This document shows positions 1-10,870 of a DNA stretch of 64,000 bases, one piece after another. The notes under the pieces are model-generated. The model saw only the letters and a list, made by a program, of their open reading frames with translations. It made no database searches and was not told where the DNA came from. Position numbers and translations under genes: made by a program. The DNA is from Lentisphaeria bacterium (GTDB lineage: Bacteria > Verrucomicrobiota > Lentisphaeria > JABSQK01 > JAWLHB01). Positions within the stretch are counted from its first letter, which is position 1. The number at the start of each line of letters is the position of its first letter. The stretch spans positions 1 through 64,000 of the forward strand of contig JAWLHB010000017.1 of the NCBI GenBank assembly GCA_041690595.1, read 5' to 3'.

Positions 1-570
1 GAGTAATGGACCGAGGTTTTCGGGCGACGCGCAGGAGGTGCCACTCAGGCGAGTGGCGTGCCCAGGAAGAGATTGGGAGGCTGTCCGTGGGACCGAGGAA
101 TGGACCGAGGTTTTCAGGCGACGCGCAGGAGGTGCCACTCAGGCGAGTGGCGTGCCCAGGAAGAGATCGAGAGGCTGTCCGTGGGACCGAGGAATGGACC
201 GAGGTTTTCGCGCGACGCGCAGGAGGTGCCACCCGACACGCAAGCCAGGCCGCAACAGCCCCCACGAGGTTTTCGCGCGACGCGCAGGAGGTGCCACTCA
301 GGCGAGTGGCGTGCCCAGGAAGAGATAGGGAGGCTGTCCGTGGGACCGAGGAATGGACCGAGGTTTTCGGGCGACGCGCAGGAGGTGCCACTCAGGCGAG
401 TGGCGTGCCCAGGAAGAGATCGGGAGGCTGTCCGTGGGACCGAGGAATGGACCGAGGTTTTCGCGCGACGCGCAGGAGGTGCCACTCAGGCGAGTGGCGT
501 GCCCAGGAAGAGATCGGAAGGCTGTCCGTGTGACCGAGGAATGGACCGAGGTTTTCGGGCGATGCGCAGG
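1..570. repeat. 94-bp tandem repeat array (~6 units, truncated by left edge), REP-like internal hairpin
   Basis: ATGGACCGAGGTTTTC recurs at 6, 100, 194, 353, 447, 541 (period 94, one 159 jump). Each full unit has the hairpin GCCACTC-AGGC-GAGTGGC. Confidence 0.95.
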
Positions 571-683
571 GGGAGATGCTGTCGGGGCCGGACGTTCTGG
601 GTTTGAGGTAGGCGGTTGGGGGATTGGGGATATATTGTCGATCACGGGTAGCAAGCAGCATGCAAATGAGGAGGAGAGTGGTG

Positions 684-1958
684 ATGGAGATACCGCGGTT
701 TGGTCCGGCGATGGTGGCGTCGCCGTTGAGGTCCCGGCATTTTGTGCAACCGGGAAGTCGAGTGCTGGTGAATCATGATCTGGATGCGGTGCTGAAGATG
801 GAGCGGGAGGGGCAAGCGCTGCCGTCCTATGCGTCGGCGGGGCCACGGGATCCGATTTTTCATGATCCGGCGCAAACGACGGCGGCGATCGTGACGTGCG
901 GGGGATTGTGTCCGGGTATCAATGACGTGATACGGGCAATCTTCATGCAGTTGTGGCATGGCTATGGGGTGCGACGCATCCTGGGTTTGAAGTATGGCTT
1001 TCAGGGGTTGAATCCGGCGTGCGGCCATGAACCGATCCGGTTGGACCCGGATGAGGTCGATGACATTCACCAGCAGGGCGGCTCGATTCTGTCGTCATCG
1101 CGAGGGCCACAGGATCCACGGATAATGGTGGATTTTCTGGTCGAGCGGGGAATCAACATTCTTTTCACGATCGGGGGAGATGGAACGCAACGGGGCGCCA
1201 AGGCGATCAGCGATGAAGTGAATCGGCGGGGGCTGCCGATCAGCATCATCGGGGTGCCGAAGTCGATCGACAACGACATCAGCTGCATTGACCAGACCTT
1301 TGGGTTCGAGACGGCGGTGTCGGAGGCGAGTCAGGCGATCGTGTCGGCGCACAATGAGGCGAAAGGTGCGCCGAATGGGGTTGGCATCGTGAAGCTGATG
1401 GGCCGACATTCGGGTTTCATCGCGGCATGGGCGACGCTGGCCTATTCGGAGGTGAATCTGACGCTGGTGCCGGAGATCGCGTTCAAGCTGCATGGCAAGG
1501 GAAACGTGCTGGATTACGTGGAGTGGCGACTGCGGAATCGGCGGCATTGCGTGATTGTGGTGGCAGAGGGTGCGGGTCAGGATCTCTTCGGGGCGAGTTG
1601 CGGCAGGGACGCATCGGGGAACAACCTGCTGCAGGATATCGGGGTACTGCTGAAGGAGGAGATCAAGACGCATTGTTCGGCCTTGGACATGGAAGTATCG
1701 ATCAAGTATATCGACCCCTCGTACATGATCCGCGGGGTGCCGGCGACAGCCGGGGACTCGGTCTATTGCCTTCGCCTGGGGCAGCATGCCGCGCATGCGG
1801 GGATGGCTGGCTACACGGATATGCTGGTGGGCTCGTGGCACGGGCATATCACGCATGTGCCGCTGCATATGGCGACGGCGGAGCGCAAGCTGCTGGATCC
1901 ACATGGGTGGGAATGGCAGACGGTGCTTCGGGCCACGGGTCAGCCGGACTGGAGATAG
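684..1958 (+). CDS. pfkA: ATP-dependent 6-phosphofructokinase (group X-like)
   Basis: Motifs TCGGLCPG, SSRG, GGDGT (Gly indicates ATP donor), PKSIDND, KLMGRHSG, YIDPSYMIR. Start set at ATG 684 after GGAGGAG, in frame with ORF 624..1958. Confidence 0.92.
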   Translation: MEIPRFGPAMVASPLRSRHFVQPGSRVLVNHDLDAVLKMEREGQALPSYASAGPRDPIFHDPAQTTAAIVTCGGLCPGINDVIRAIFMQLWHGYGVRRILGLKYGFQGLNPACGHEPIRLDPDEVDDIHQQGGSILSSSRGPQDPRIMVDFLVERGINILFTIGGDGTQRGAKAISDEVNRRGLPISIIGVPKSIDNDISCIDQTFGFETAVSEASQAIVSAHNEAKGAPNGVGIVKLMGRHSGFIAAWATLAYSEVNLTLVPEIAFKLHGKGNVLDYVEWRLRNRRHCVIVVAEGAGQDLFGASCGRDASGNNLLQDIGVLLKEEIKTHCSALDMEVSIKYIDPSYMIRGVPATAGDSVYCLRLGQHAAHAGMAGYTDMLVGSWHGHITHVPLHMATAERKLLDPHGWEWQTVLRATGQPDWR

Positions 1959-1977
1959 ACTCGGAGTTGCTTGCTCA

Positions 1978-2006
1978 TTGATCCTGCCGCGGATTTCCAC
2001 TATGTT
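1978..2006 (+). promoter_or_regulatory. sigma70-like promoter for the ABC operon
   Basis: TTGATC-N17-TATGTT, ~37 bp upstream of ATG 2043. Confidence 0.45.
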
Positions 2007-2042
2007 GGAATGACAGAGACAAACGGCAAGGCAGGAGGCAAC

Positions 2043-3290
2043 ATGGGCAGGCAGTTGATCGGTATCGGCATCGGGATCATCGTCATTGTGGTGGCGCTGG
2101 TACTGCTGCGCCCTGGCCCGGCGACGAACGAGGAGCCTGGGCATCGGCGGCTGGTGGTGTCGTCGCGGCTCTGGTCGCAACCGCATGAGCGGCAGTTCGT
2201 GTTGGAGTCGATCATCGGTCCTTTCGAACGGGAGCAGAATTGCACGGTGGAGCTGCAGGTGTTTGACGATGTGAAGCAGTTGCAGCGGATGAAGGTGCAG
2301 CAGACAAGCGACACGGTGGGGACGGATGTGGCGATCGTGTATGTGTCGCGCATGGCGAACTGGGTGGAGGACGGGCTGGTGGTGGATCTTCGGCCGTATG
2401 AGACGGCATGGGAGGGACGGTCGTTTGTGGAGGCATTCGAGAGCATGACGACGTTCGCGGGGAAGCGGTACTTTCTGCCGATCGGGGCTGACGATTACCT
2501 GCTGTGCGCAAACCGGGAGGCGCTGAAGTATCTGCCGGAAGGTCTTGACGCGCAGAATCTGAGCTGGCACCAGCTGGTGCAATGGGCGCGACGGATTGCC
2601 GAGGGGGAAGGGGAAGGGAAGTTCGCGGTGACGGGCGTCGCTCAGAAGATGCTGATCTATCAGGTGAGCGCGGCGATACTCTCGTACGGTGGCGGCTTCC
2701 CGGATGTGGCGTCGCCGGAGGCTATCCTGGCCTGGCGTGTGCTGACGGGACTGCATGGGGCGCTGACGCCGGCGGTGGGAACTTACGATACGGTGGTGCC
2801 GGCGATGAAACGGGGGGAGGCCTGGCTGACGGTGACGCACAACGCGCGCGTCGGCGAGATCCATGCTTCGAACCCGACGCAGTACGTGGTGGCACCGGCG
2901 CCGCATGGTCCGGCGGGACGGGGCTCGGTGGCGGGAGTCAGCGGCGTTGGCATCGTGCGGGGGGCAGGTCAACCGGAGCTGGCGGCGGCCTTCCTCGGGT
3001 ACCTGACGCGGCCGGATATCCAGATGAAGCTGGCGATCGGAACAGGTGGTTTCATTCCGACGGTGACGGAGGCGGTGAAGGAGCTGGGTGATTCCGTTCA
3101 GGAACAGGTGATCGCGAAATCGATGCAGGTTCTTGAGGAGGGTAACCTGGCGTACATTCCGGCGGTGCAGAACTGGAGCAGTGTGAAGATCGTGTATGAT
3201 GAAGCGTTCCGGAAGGTGGTGATGCGGGATGGGGAGGTCGACGTGGAGTACCTGCGTGCCGCGCAGGAGACGATCGACACGTTCCGCTAG
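2043..3290 (+). CDS. sugar ABC transporter substrate-binding protein
   Basis: N-terminal hydrophobic anchor, family-1 SBP-like sequence, first gene of an SBP-permease-permease-ATPase cluster. RBS GGAGG before ATG 2043. Confidence 0.85.
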   Translation: MGRQLIGIGIGIIVIVVALVLLRPGPATNEEPGHRRLVVSSRLWSQPHERQFVLESIIGPFEREQNCTVELQVFDDVKQLQRMKVQQTSDTVGTDVAIVYVSRMANWVEDGLVVDLRPYETAWEGRSFVEAFESMTTFAGKRYFLPIGADDYLLCANREALKYLPEGLDAQNLSWHQLVQWARRIAEGEGEGKFAVTGVAQKMLIYQVSAAILSYGGGFPDVASPEAILAWRVLTGLHGALTPAVGTYDTVVPAMKRGEAWLTVTHNARVGEIHASNPTQYVVAPAPHGPAGRGSVAGVSGVGIVRGAGQPELAAAFLGYLTRPDIQMKLAIGTGGFIPTVTEAVKELGDSVQEQVIAKSMQVLEEGNLAYIPAVQNWSSVKIVYDEAFRKVVMRDGEVDVEYLRAAQETIDTFR

Positions 3291-3312
3291 GAGAGAGGCA
3301 AAGGTTGCTTGC

Positions 3313-4206
3313 ATGATGGCTGAGGAACGACAACCGAGGCGACTGAAGGAGGCGCTGCCCTATCTGCTGATCGCACCTGTGCTGCTGTATTACCTGGCTT
3401 TCTGGATGAGGCCGGTGCTGGCGGCGCTCTACCAGAGCGTGGCCGATGCGGATGGGAGCTTCACGCTGCGCTACTACCAGATGCTCTTCGAGGACCCCTA
3501 TTTCGTGCGTGGAGCAGTGAACACGGGCATCATCGTGCTGATCTCGGTTAGCTTGGAATTCGTGCTGGCGTATGGGCTGGCGCTGCTGATCAACACGCGC
3601 TTTCGCGGGTCGACCTTCTTCCTGTTCCTGGCGTTGATTCCGATGGCGCTGCCGCCGGTGGCGGTCGGGGCCATGTGGGCAAGCGGACTGGCAACGTATG
3701 GTTGGCTGAATAGCCTGCTGGTGCACCTGGGCCTGCTCGGTGTCGATGAACGGATTGCCTTTCTGGCGGGGGGCGAAGCGCGATCGCTGGCCGTGATCAT
3801 CCTTGTCGACGGGTGGCAGGTGGTGCCGTTCATGATGATCCTGCTGCTGGCGGGGCTGCAGAACCTGCCGCGGGAGACGGTTGAAGCTGGGCGGGTCTTT
3901 GGGGGGAGCCAATGGACGGTGATCTGGAGGATTGTCACCCCGCAGTTGCGGGCCACGATCCAGACGGCGCTGCTGCTACGGATCATCGCGGCGATCCAGA
4001 TCTGGCTGATTATCGTGATGCTCTTTGGCTTTCGCCGGGTGCCGGTGCTGCTGGAGGAGGTGATGTACTACCAGGAAGAACTGGGCGGGCCGCTGTATCA
4101 GCGCATCGCCATGGCGTATGCGGTCATCGTGGCGGTCATCGTCTCGACGGTCGCGGTACTGTACCTGAAGGTGTCCGGCGGGGGACGACAGGAGGTGAAC
4201 GAATGA
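3313..4206 (+). CDS. sugar ABC transporter permease (MalF-like)
   Basis: Multiple TM helices and EAA loop (LLAGLQNLPRETVEAGRVFGGS). Confidence 0.9.
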   Translation: MMAEERQPRRLKEALPYLLIAPVLLYYLAFWMRPVLAALYQSVADADGSFTLRYYQMLFEDPYFVRGAVNTGIIVLISVSLEFVLAYGLALLINTRFRGSTFFLFLALIPMALPPVAVGAMWASGLATYGWLNSLLVHLGLLGVDERIAFLAGGEARSLAVIILVDGWQVVPFMMILLLAGLQNLPRETVEAGRVFGGSQWTVIWRIVTPQLRATIQTALLLRIIAAIQIWLIIVMLFGFRRVPVLLEEVMYYQEELGGPLYQRIAMAYAVIVAVIVSTVAVLYLKVSGGGRQEVNE

Positions 4207-5252
4207 AGCCGGAATCGCTGCGCATGCTCCGACGGCTGGCCCGCACGACGACGCTGTACATCGTGGTAACCGGGTTGGCGGTGATCATCCTGACGCCAGT
4301 GTTTCTGCTGGTATCCCTCTCGTTCATGTCGGATCTGGAGGCGTACAATGAATGGCCGATGCCGCTGATGCCGGCCGCCGGCATCGCCTTTCGCGTGGAA
4401 GCAACGGAGGCTGGATACGTCCTGAGCGTGCGAAAGGTGGATGGCAGCTTCCAGAGCCTGATCGAGGGCACGGATGCCGAGGCAATGGCGGCGTTTGCCA
4501 GGCGCAAGACGAATTGCGGGCTGACGGCGGGGGAGCTGCGGCAGGCGATGTCGGAAGCGCCGCGAGAGTGGTCGCCCCAGCGGGAATGGCTGGCGAACTA
4601 CCGGACCTTCTTTCAGGTCTCGCCGGGAGCGTATGCGGCCTTGTGGCGAAGTGTGTACGTGGCACTGGTGACAATCGGCCTTTCGCTGACGATCGGCGGG
4701 CTGGCGGGCTATGCCTTTGCGCGGTACCGGTTTGTGGGACGCAAGGGGCTGAAGCTGGGGGTGCTGTTCGTGCGGATGTTCCCTGGGGTGAGCATCGCGA
4801 TACCGATGGTGATCATCCTGGGGAGCATCGGGCTGTACGATCGCCCACTGGGGCTGGCGCTGGTCTACGCGGTGGGGCAGATCGGGCTGACGGTATGGAT
4901 CACCGCGAGCATCTTTCTGGGTATCCCCCGGGAACTGGAGGAAGCGGCCCATGTTTTTGGCGCAAGCGCGGTCGGGGCCTTCTGGCATGTGACGTTGCCG
5001 CTGGCACTGCCCGGTCTGGCGGCGAGCGCCATGTATGCTTTCATCGCGTCCTGGAACGAGACGATCCAGGCGTTGGTGCTGACTCAGTTCAACCCGACCT
5101 TTCCGGTAGTGGTGTACCAGGCACTGCTCGACTCCAGGAGCATGGTGCATCTGGCGGCGGCGGGAAGCGTCGTCATGGCCTTGCCGGCCGTCATCTTCAC
5201 CTTTCTCATCCGCCGCTACATGGTGAGCATGTGGGGCGGTGTCAATGTCTGA
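4203..5252 (+). CDS. sugar ABC transporter permease (MalG-like) with enlarged first periplasmic loop
   Basis: AGYAFAR and IPRELEEAAHVFGAS EAA motif. ATGA overlap with the upstream stop. Confidence 0.9.
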   Translation: MKPESLRMLRRLARTTTLYIVVTGLAVIILTPVFLLVSLSFMSDLEAYNEWPMPLMPAAGIAFRVEATEAGYVLSVRKVDGSFQSLIEGTDAEAMAAFARRKTNCGLTAGELRQAMSEAPREWSPQREWLANYRTFFQVSPGAYAALWRSVYVALVTIGLSLTIGGLAGYAFARYRFVGRKGLKLGVLFVRMFPGVSIAIPMVIILGSIGLYDRPLGLALVYAVGQIGLTVWITASIFLGIPRELEEAAHVFGASAVGAFWHVTLPLALPGLAASAMYAFIASWNETIQALVLTQFNPTFPVVVYQALLDSRSMVHLAAAGSVVMALPAVIFTFLIRRYMVSMWGGVNV

Positions 5253-5270
5253 CTCTTACCGCGTGACAAC

Positions 5271-6350
5271 ATGCCCGACCTGAATCTGCGAAACATCTCC
5301 AAGCGCTATGGACGCGACTCCTGGGCGCTGCACCCTATCGACCTGACGGCACGTGACGGGGAGTTTCTCGTCCTGCTCGGTCCGTCCGGCTGTGGGAAGT
5401 CGACGACGATCCGGATCATTGCCGGGCTTGTCGAGCCGACGAGCGGCACCGTCCACGTCGGCGACCGGGAGATCACGGATCTGCCGCCACGCAAGCGTCG
5501 CCTCAGCATGGTCTTCCAGAACTATGCGGTCTGGCCGCACATGACGGTCTACGACAACGTGGCCTTTCCGCTCCGGCTTCAGAAGCGTCCAAAGACGGAG
5601 ATCGACCGCATGGTTCGGGAGATGACGGAGCTGGTGGCGATCGAGCATCTGTTGACGCGACGGCCGGATCAGCTGTCAGGCGGTCAGCGGCAGCGGGTGG
5701 CATTGGCGCGGGCGCTTGCAGTAGAGCCGGAAGTCTTCCTCATGGATGAACCGCTGTCGAACCTGGATGCGAAGCTGCGCGGGCAGATGCGAACGGAGCT
5801 TCGGGCCATTCATCAGCGAACCGGGGCGACGACGGTGTTCGTGACGCATGACCAGGCGGAAGCGATGAGTCTGGCAGACCGCATCGTTGTCATGCACGAG
5901 GGCCGCATCATTCAGGTCGGAACACCCGAGGAGATCTATTCGCGCAGCGCCAGCCGTTTTGTCGCGGCCTTCATCGGGTCGCCACCCGCGAACTTCTTCG
6001 TGGTGCAGGTTCGCGGCGGGAAGCTGGTTCATAACGCCTTCACGGTGGAACTGCCGGCGAGCTGGCAGTCGGCTGCAGCCGGCCAGGAGGGGCGCGAGCT
6101 GGAGCTGGCGGTGCGCCCGGAGGACCTTCTGCCAACGCACGAGAGCGATGCCCACCTGAGCCGCGCGATCAGCGTGGTGGAGCCCCAGGGATCGCACCAG
6201 ATTGTGGCCTTCATGCTCGGAAAGGAGATGGTGAAGGCGATAGCTCCCGCTTCCCCCAGACTCGCGCCTGGAGCTGTCGTTCACCTGCGGTTCAGGCTGG
6301 AGCACCTGATGTTGTTCGATTCGAGAACGGGCGAACGAGTGGAGCCATGA
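5271..6350 (+). CDS. sugar ABC transporter ATP-binding protein (MalK/UgpC family)
   Basis: Walker A GPSGCGKS, signature LSGGQRQR, Walker B FLMDEPLSNLD, VTHDQ, FIGSP. Confidence 0.95.
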   Translation: MPDLNLRNISKRYGRDSWALHPIDLTARDGEFLVLLGPSGCGKSTTIRIIAGLVEPTSGTVHVGDREITDLPPRKRRLSMVFQNYAVWPHMTVYDNVAFPLRLQKRPKTEIDRMVREMTELVAIEHLLTRRPDQLSGGQRQRVALARALAVEPEVFLMDEPLSNLDAKLRGQMRTELRAIHQRTGATTVFVTHDQAEAMSLADRIVVMHEGRIIQVGTPEEIYSRSASRFVAAFIGSPPANFFVVQVRGGKLVHNAFTVELPASWQSAAAGQEGRELELAVRPEDLLPTHESDAHLSRAISVVEPQGSHQIVAFMLGKEMVKAIAPASPRLAPGAVVHLRFRLEHLMLFDSRTGERVEP

Positions 6351-6505
6351 GAGCCGTCGATCTTTCTACTCGTTAAGGTTTGGCAAAGTGGCCATGGGGC
6401 AGTATTTTACTTGTTCAGCTCACAACTGCTGTCTTCAGTTGTGGTGCTGTCGATTTTCGATGGATCATGATTGCGGGAAACTTTTGGACAGGGGATTAGG
6501 ATACA

Positions 6506-7387
6506 ATGACTGAGGAACGCAGAGAATTGAACGTGGGCCTGGCCAGGATGCTGTGCGGCGGCGTCATCATGGACGTCACAAACGCGGAGCAGGCGAAGAT
6601 CGCGGAAGATGCGGGTGCCTGTGCCGTGATGGCGCTGGAGAAGATACCGTCGGACATCCGCAAGGAAGGCGGTGTGGCTCGCATGACGGATCCGGAGCTG
6701 ATCGTGCAGATCAAGGGAGTGGTCTCGATCCCAGTCATGGCGAAGTGCCGTATCGGCCATTTCGCGGAAGCGCAGATCCTGCAGGCGCTGGGCATCGACT
6801 TCATCGACGAAAGCGAAGTGCTGACTCCGGCGGACGAAGCGCACCACATCGACAAGTGGCAGTTCGACGCGCCCTTCGTCTGCGGCGCGACCTGTCTGGC
6901 GGAAGCGCTGCGGCGCATCGGCGAAGGCGCGGCAATGATTCGCACCAAAGGCGAAGCTGGAACCGGCAACGTGATCGAAGGTGTACGGCACATGCGCAGC
7001 ATCATCCGCGAGATGAAGGTACTGGCGCAGTTGAGCGCCTCCGATCTCTACGCTGAGGCGAAGCGGCTTCAGGCGCCTCTGCATCTGGTGCAGCAGGTAG
7101 CCAAGACCGGAACGCTGCCCGTGCCGAATTTCGCCGCGGGCGGAGTGGCGACGCCGGCCGATGCTTCGCTGCTCATGCAGCTTGGGGCTGAGTCTGTCTT
7201 TGTCGGTTCGGGGATCTTCCGTTCATCGAATCCGCCGAAGTTCGCGCGGGCGATCGTGGAAGCGGTAACGCATTTCAACGAGCCGCGGAAGCTGCTGGAA
7301 GTTTCGCGGGGCCTTGGGATGGCGATGCCCAGCCTGTCGATGGAACAGATCGGCGAAGACCAGAAGCTGCAGACGCGCGGCTGGTAA
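6506..7387 (+). CDS. pdxS: pyridoxal 5'-phosphate synthase lyase subunit
   Basis: [39 protein letters not shown]-terminal RGW. Confidence 0.97.
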   Translation: MTEERRELNVGLARMLCGGVIMDVTNAEQAKIAEDAGACAVMALEKIPSDIRKEGGVARMTDPELIVQIKGVVSIPVMAKCRIGHFAEAQILQALGIDFIDESEVLTPADEAHHIDKWQFDAPFVCGATCLAEALRRIGEGAAMIRTKGEAGTGNVIEGVRHMRSIIREMKVLAQLSASDLYAEAKRLQAPLHLVQQVAKTGTLPVPNFAAGGVATPADASLLMQLGAESVFVGSGIFRSSNPPKFARAIVEAVTHFNEPRKLLEVSRGLGMAMPSLSMEQIGEDQKLQTRGW

Positions 7388-7402
7388 GCGATCGGGGCCT
7401 TC

Positions 7403-7978
7403 ATGAAGATCGGAATACTGGGGCTGCAAGGATGTTGCGAGCCTCACCGCCGGAAATTTGCCGACTTGGGGATAGAGACCCAACGGGTGATCTATCCTGT
7501 TGACCTTTTGGAGGTTGACGCGTTGGTGATGCCCGGCGGTGAGAGCACGACCATGCTCAAGACCGCCAAGAGCGGACTGTGGGAGGCGCTCGAGAGCTTT
7601 GGCCGGGAGAAGCCGGTGTGGGGCATTTGCGCCGGCTGCATTCTGATGGCGAGTGAGGTGCATCACCCGGAGCAGAGATCGCTCGGGCTCATGGATATCA
7701 CGGTAAGCCGCAATGCCTATGGCGCGCAGCTTGACAGCTTTATTGCGGAAGTGCAGATCGAGCTGTCACCGGTGACGCCGGTGCGCGCGATCTTCATTCG
7801 GGCTCCGCGGATCACGCGGATCGGTGCTGGGGTGCGGGTTCTGGCCAGCCACGGCGGCGACCCGATCATGGTCGCGTCAAATCGTCACCTGGCAAGTACC
7901 TTTCATCCGGAACTGACAGACGGTCATATTCTGCATCGGTATTTTACAGAACATGTGGCCGCCAGCTGCGCGAACTGA
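7403..7978 (+). CDS. pdxT: pyridoxal 5'-phosphate synthase glutaminase subunit
   Basis: PGGESTT, GICAG (catalytic Cys), RNAYGAQ, FIRAP, FHPEL. Directly follows pdxS. Confidence 0.96.
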   Translation: MKIGILGLQGCCEPHRRKFADLGIETQRVIYPVDLLEVDALVMPGGESTTMLKTAKSGLWEALESFGREKPVWGICAGCILMASEVHHPEQRSLGLMDITVSRNAYGAQLDSFIAEVQIELSPVTPVRAIFIRAPRITRIGAGVRVLASHGGDPIMVASNRHLASTFHPELTDGHILHRYFTEHVAASCAN

Positions 7979-8027
7979 GCGCCCCGCTTCCACACCATTG
8001 AATGAAGCTTTTTTTGGCAAGTGGACC

Positions 8028-8055
8028 TTGCTATTCGAGGCAAAGCAGCTAAGGT
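8028..8055 (+). promoter_or_regulatory. possible sigma70-like promoter for tRNA-Lys/rpmB
   Basis: TTGCTA-N16-TAAGGT upstream of the tRNA. Confidence 0.3.
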
Positions 8056-8082
8056 ACTTGGCTTTACACCGCGACTTTCAGC

Positions 8083-8158
8083 GGGATGGTAGCTCAGTCG
8101 GCAGAGCAACGGCCTTTTAAGCCGTGGGTCCTGGGTTCAAGTCCCAGCCATCCCACCA
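8083..8158 (+). tRNA. tRNA-Lys (anticodon UUU)
   Basis: 76 nt. Acceptor stem GGGATGG/CCATCCC, anticodon arm ACGGC-CTTTTAA-GCCGT, T arm CTGGG-TTCAAGT-CCCAG, encoded CCA. Confidence 0.97.
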
Positions 8159-8216
8159 GTATATCTATGGAGAGGCGACAGCGCCTTCATTCGGAAACTT
8201 ACAAGAGGCAACCCCG

Positions 8217-8444
8217 ATGGCAAAGTGTTACTCGTGCGACAAGCAGTGGACGACTGGCGGCAGCATTACCCGCCGCGGTCTCGCCAAGAAGAAGGGCGGT
8301 ATCGGCATGCACGTCGTCAAGAACGTGAAGCGCACCTTCAAGCCCAACCTGCAGCCCTGCCGCATTCGCGAAGGCACGACCGTCAAGAAAGTGATGGTCT
8401 GCACATCATGCATCCGTTCGGGTAAAGTCGCCAAGGCCGTCTGA
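8217..8444 (+). CDS. rpmB: 50S ribosomal protein L28 (zinc-binding form)
   Basis: MAKCYSC...RRGLAKKKGGIG...KRTFKPNLQ...VCTSCIRSGKV. RBS GAGG before ATG 8217. Confidence 0.93.
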   Translation: MAKCYSCDKQWTTGGSITRRGLAKKKGGIGMHVVKNVKRTFKPNLQPCRIREGTTVKKVMVCTSCIRSGKVAKAV

Positions 8445-8640
8445 CGGTCAGCCTTTTTCCGAATGGGGCGGCGACTGCCGTTGCGATGATTTGAGACGCC
8501 GACGGATCCACTGGGTCCCCGGCGTTTTCTTATTGGCGGCCTTGGCTGCATCCCCAGCAAGGGATTGTCAGCCGCGGGGAGAAAAGAAAGCCCCCGGCTG
8601 CACGAGCCGAGGGCATGATGGATCACGCGGAAGCGAGGGC

Positions 8641-9312
8641 TCAGACCCTGGCAAGATAGCCGGAGAGGCGCTGGCGCAGATTGGCGATGTTGGTCGCCTT
8701 GTCCCGCGAAGCATCGATCCGCAGCAACTTGCCGCGCTCCTCGTAATATTCGATCAGCGGCTTCGTCTCGCGATCATAAACCGCAAGGCGCTCGCGCACC
8801 GATTCTTCGTTATCATCGGGGCGATGATAGAGATCCTTGCTGCCGCACTGGTCGCAAACGCCATCCTTCTTTGGAGGGCTGTAGGCAAGATGATAGATCT
8901 TGTTGCAATTTCGGCAGATGCGGCGCCCGGTCAAACGCAGAATGAGGACGTCCTCCTGCACGTCGAGCAGCACGACCGCATCGAGCTTCATCGTCAGCTT
9001 GCCAAGGGTCTCTTCGAGCAGCTCCGCTTGGCGGATCGTGCGGGGATACCCGTCGAAGATGAAGCCTTTTACCTGCTCCGCATCGACACTGGACAGGTGA
9101 TTCTCGACCAAGTCAGCCACGATTTCGTCAGAAACCAGTCCGCCTTGCTGGACGATGCTTTTCACCTTTTCCCCCAGCTCGCTCCCCTTCTTGATCTCGC
9201 CGCGCAACAAATCTCCCGTAGACAAATGCTCGAGCTTGTCCTGCCAGCAGATGGCTTCCGAGAGCGTCCCCTTGCCCGATCCTGGTGGCCCCAGGAAAAC
9301 GAAGTTGATCAT
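8641..9312 (-). CDS. adk: adenylate kinase with zinc LID
   Basis: GPPGSGKGT, HLSTGDLLR, FDGYPRT, LID CRNC/CDQC, RPDDNEE. Confidence 0.97.
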   Translation of the reverse strand: MINFVFLGPPGSGKGTLSEAICWQDKLEHLSTGDLLRGEIKKGSELGEKVKSIVQQGGLVSDEIVADLVENHLSSVDAEQVKGFIFDGYPRTIRQAELLEETLGKLTMKLDAVVLLDVQEDVLILRLTGRRICRNCNKIYHLAYSPPKKDGVCDQCGSKDLYHRPDDNEESVRERLAVYDRETKPLIEYYEERGKLLRIDASRDKATNIANLRQRLSGYLARV

Positions 9313-9368
9313 GCTGTAACCTCCCTTGTCAACTTTCCTGAACTACATTAGCGCAGATACCAAGTAGG

Positions 9369-9397
9369 AATATAGGCTGCATTGCCCCGTTTGTCAG
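9369..9397 (-). promoter_or_regulatory. sigma70-like promoter for adk
   Basis: Minus strand CTGACA-N17-TATATT, divergent from the purA promoter. Confidence 0.45.
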
Positions 9398-9445
9398 ATC
9401 GAATTGCCGCTCTTTTTGGCACAACTGCTTCAACTTCCGAACAGC

Positions 9446-9473
9446 TTGACCCCTTGGCGCGAGAGCTTATATT
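9446..9473 (+). promoter_or_regulatory. sigma70-like promoter for purA-cdsA
   Basis: TTGACC-N16-TATATT (or N18-TATTCT). Confidence 0.45.
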
Positions 9474-9562
9474 CTACCTTTGTGCTGCAACTCCATGCTG
9501 GCGGCAATTCGCGCCCTTCGAGCGCCCCGATCCGCCGGCTTACTTTCATTCATTCAGGATAA

Positions 9563-10846
<1,284 letters not shown>

Positions 10847-10870
10847 CGTCAAGCAGCAGGGAGGCACGCA

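Noticed and set aside
1..570. CRISPR array
   Set aside because: Intervening segments are near-identical 62-mers rather than unique spacers (one exception), and no cas genes are in the window.
6..846. ORFs across the tandem repeat
   Set aside because: Open in several frames only because the GC-rich unit lacks stops. The 94-bp period is not a multiple of 3.
1095..3314. 739-aa minus-strand ORF
   Set aside because: Antisense shadow of pfk and the SBP gene, Arg/His-rich with no motifs.
8083..8640. Integrative element at tRNA-Lys
   Set aside because: No integrase or duplicated tRNA 3' end seen, and the flanks are housekeeping genes.
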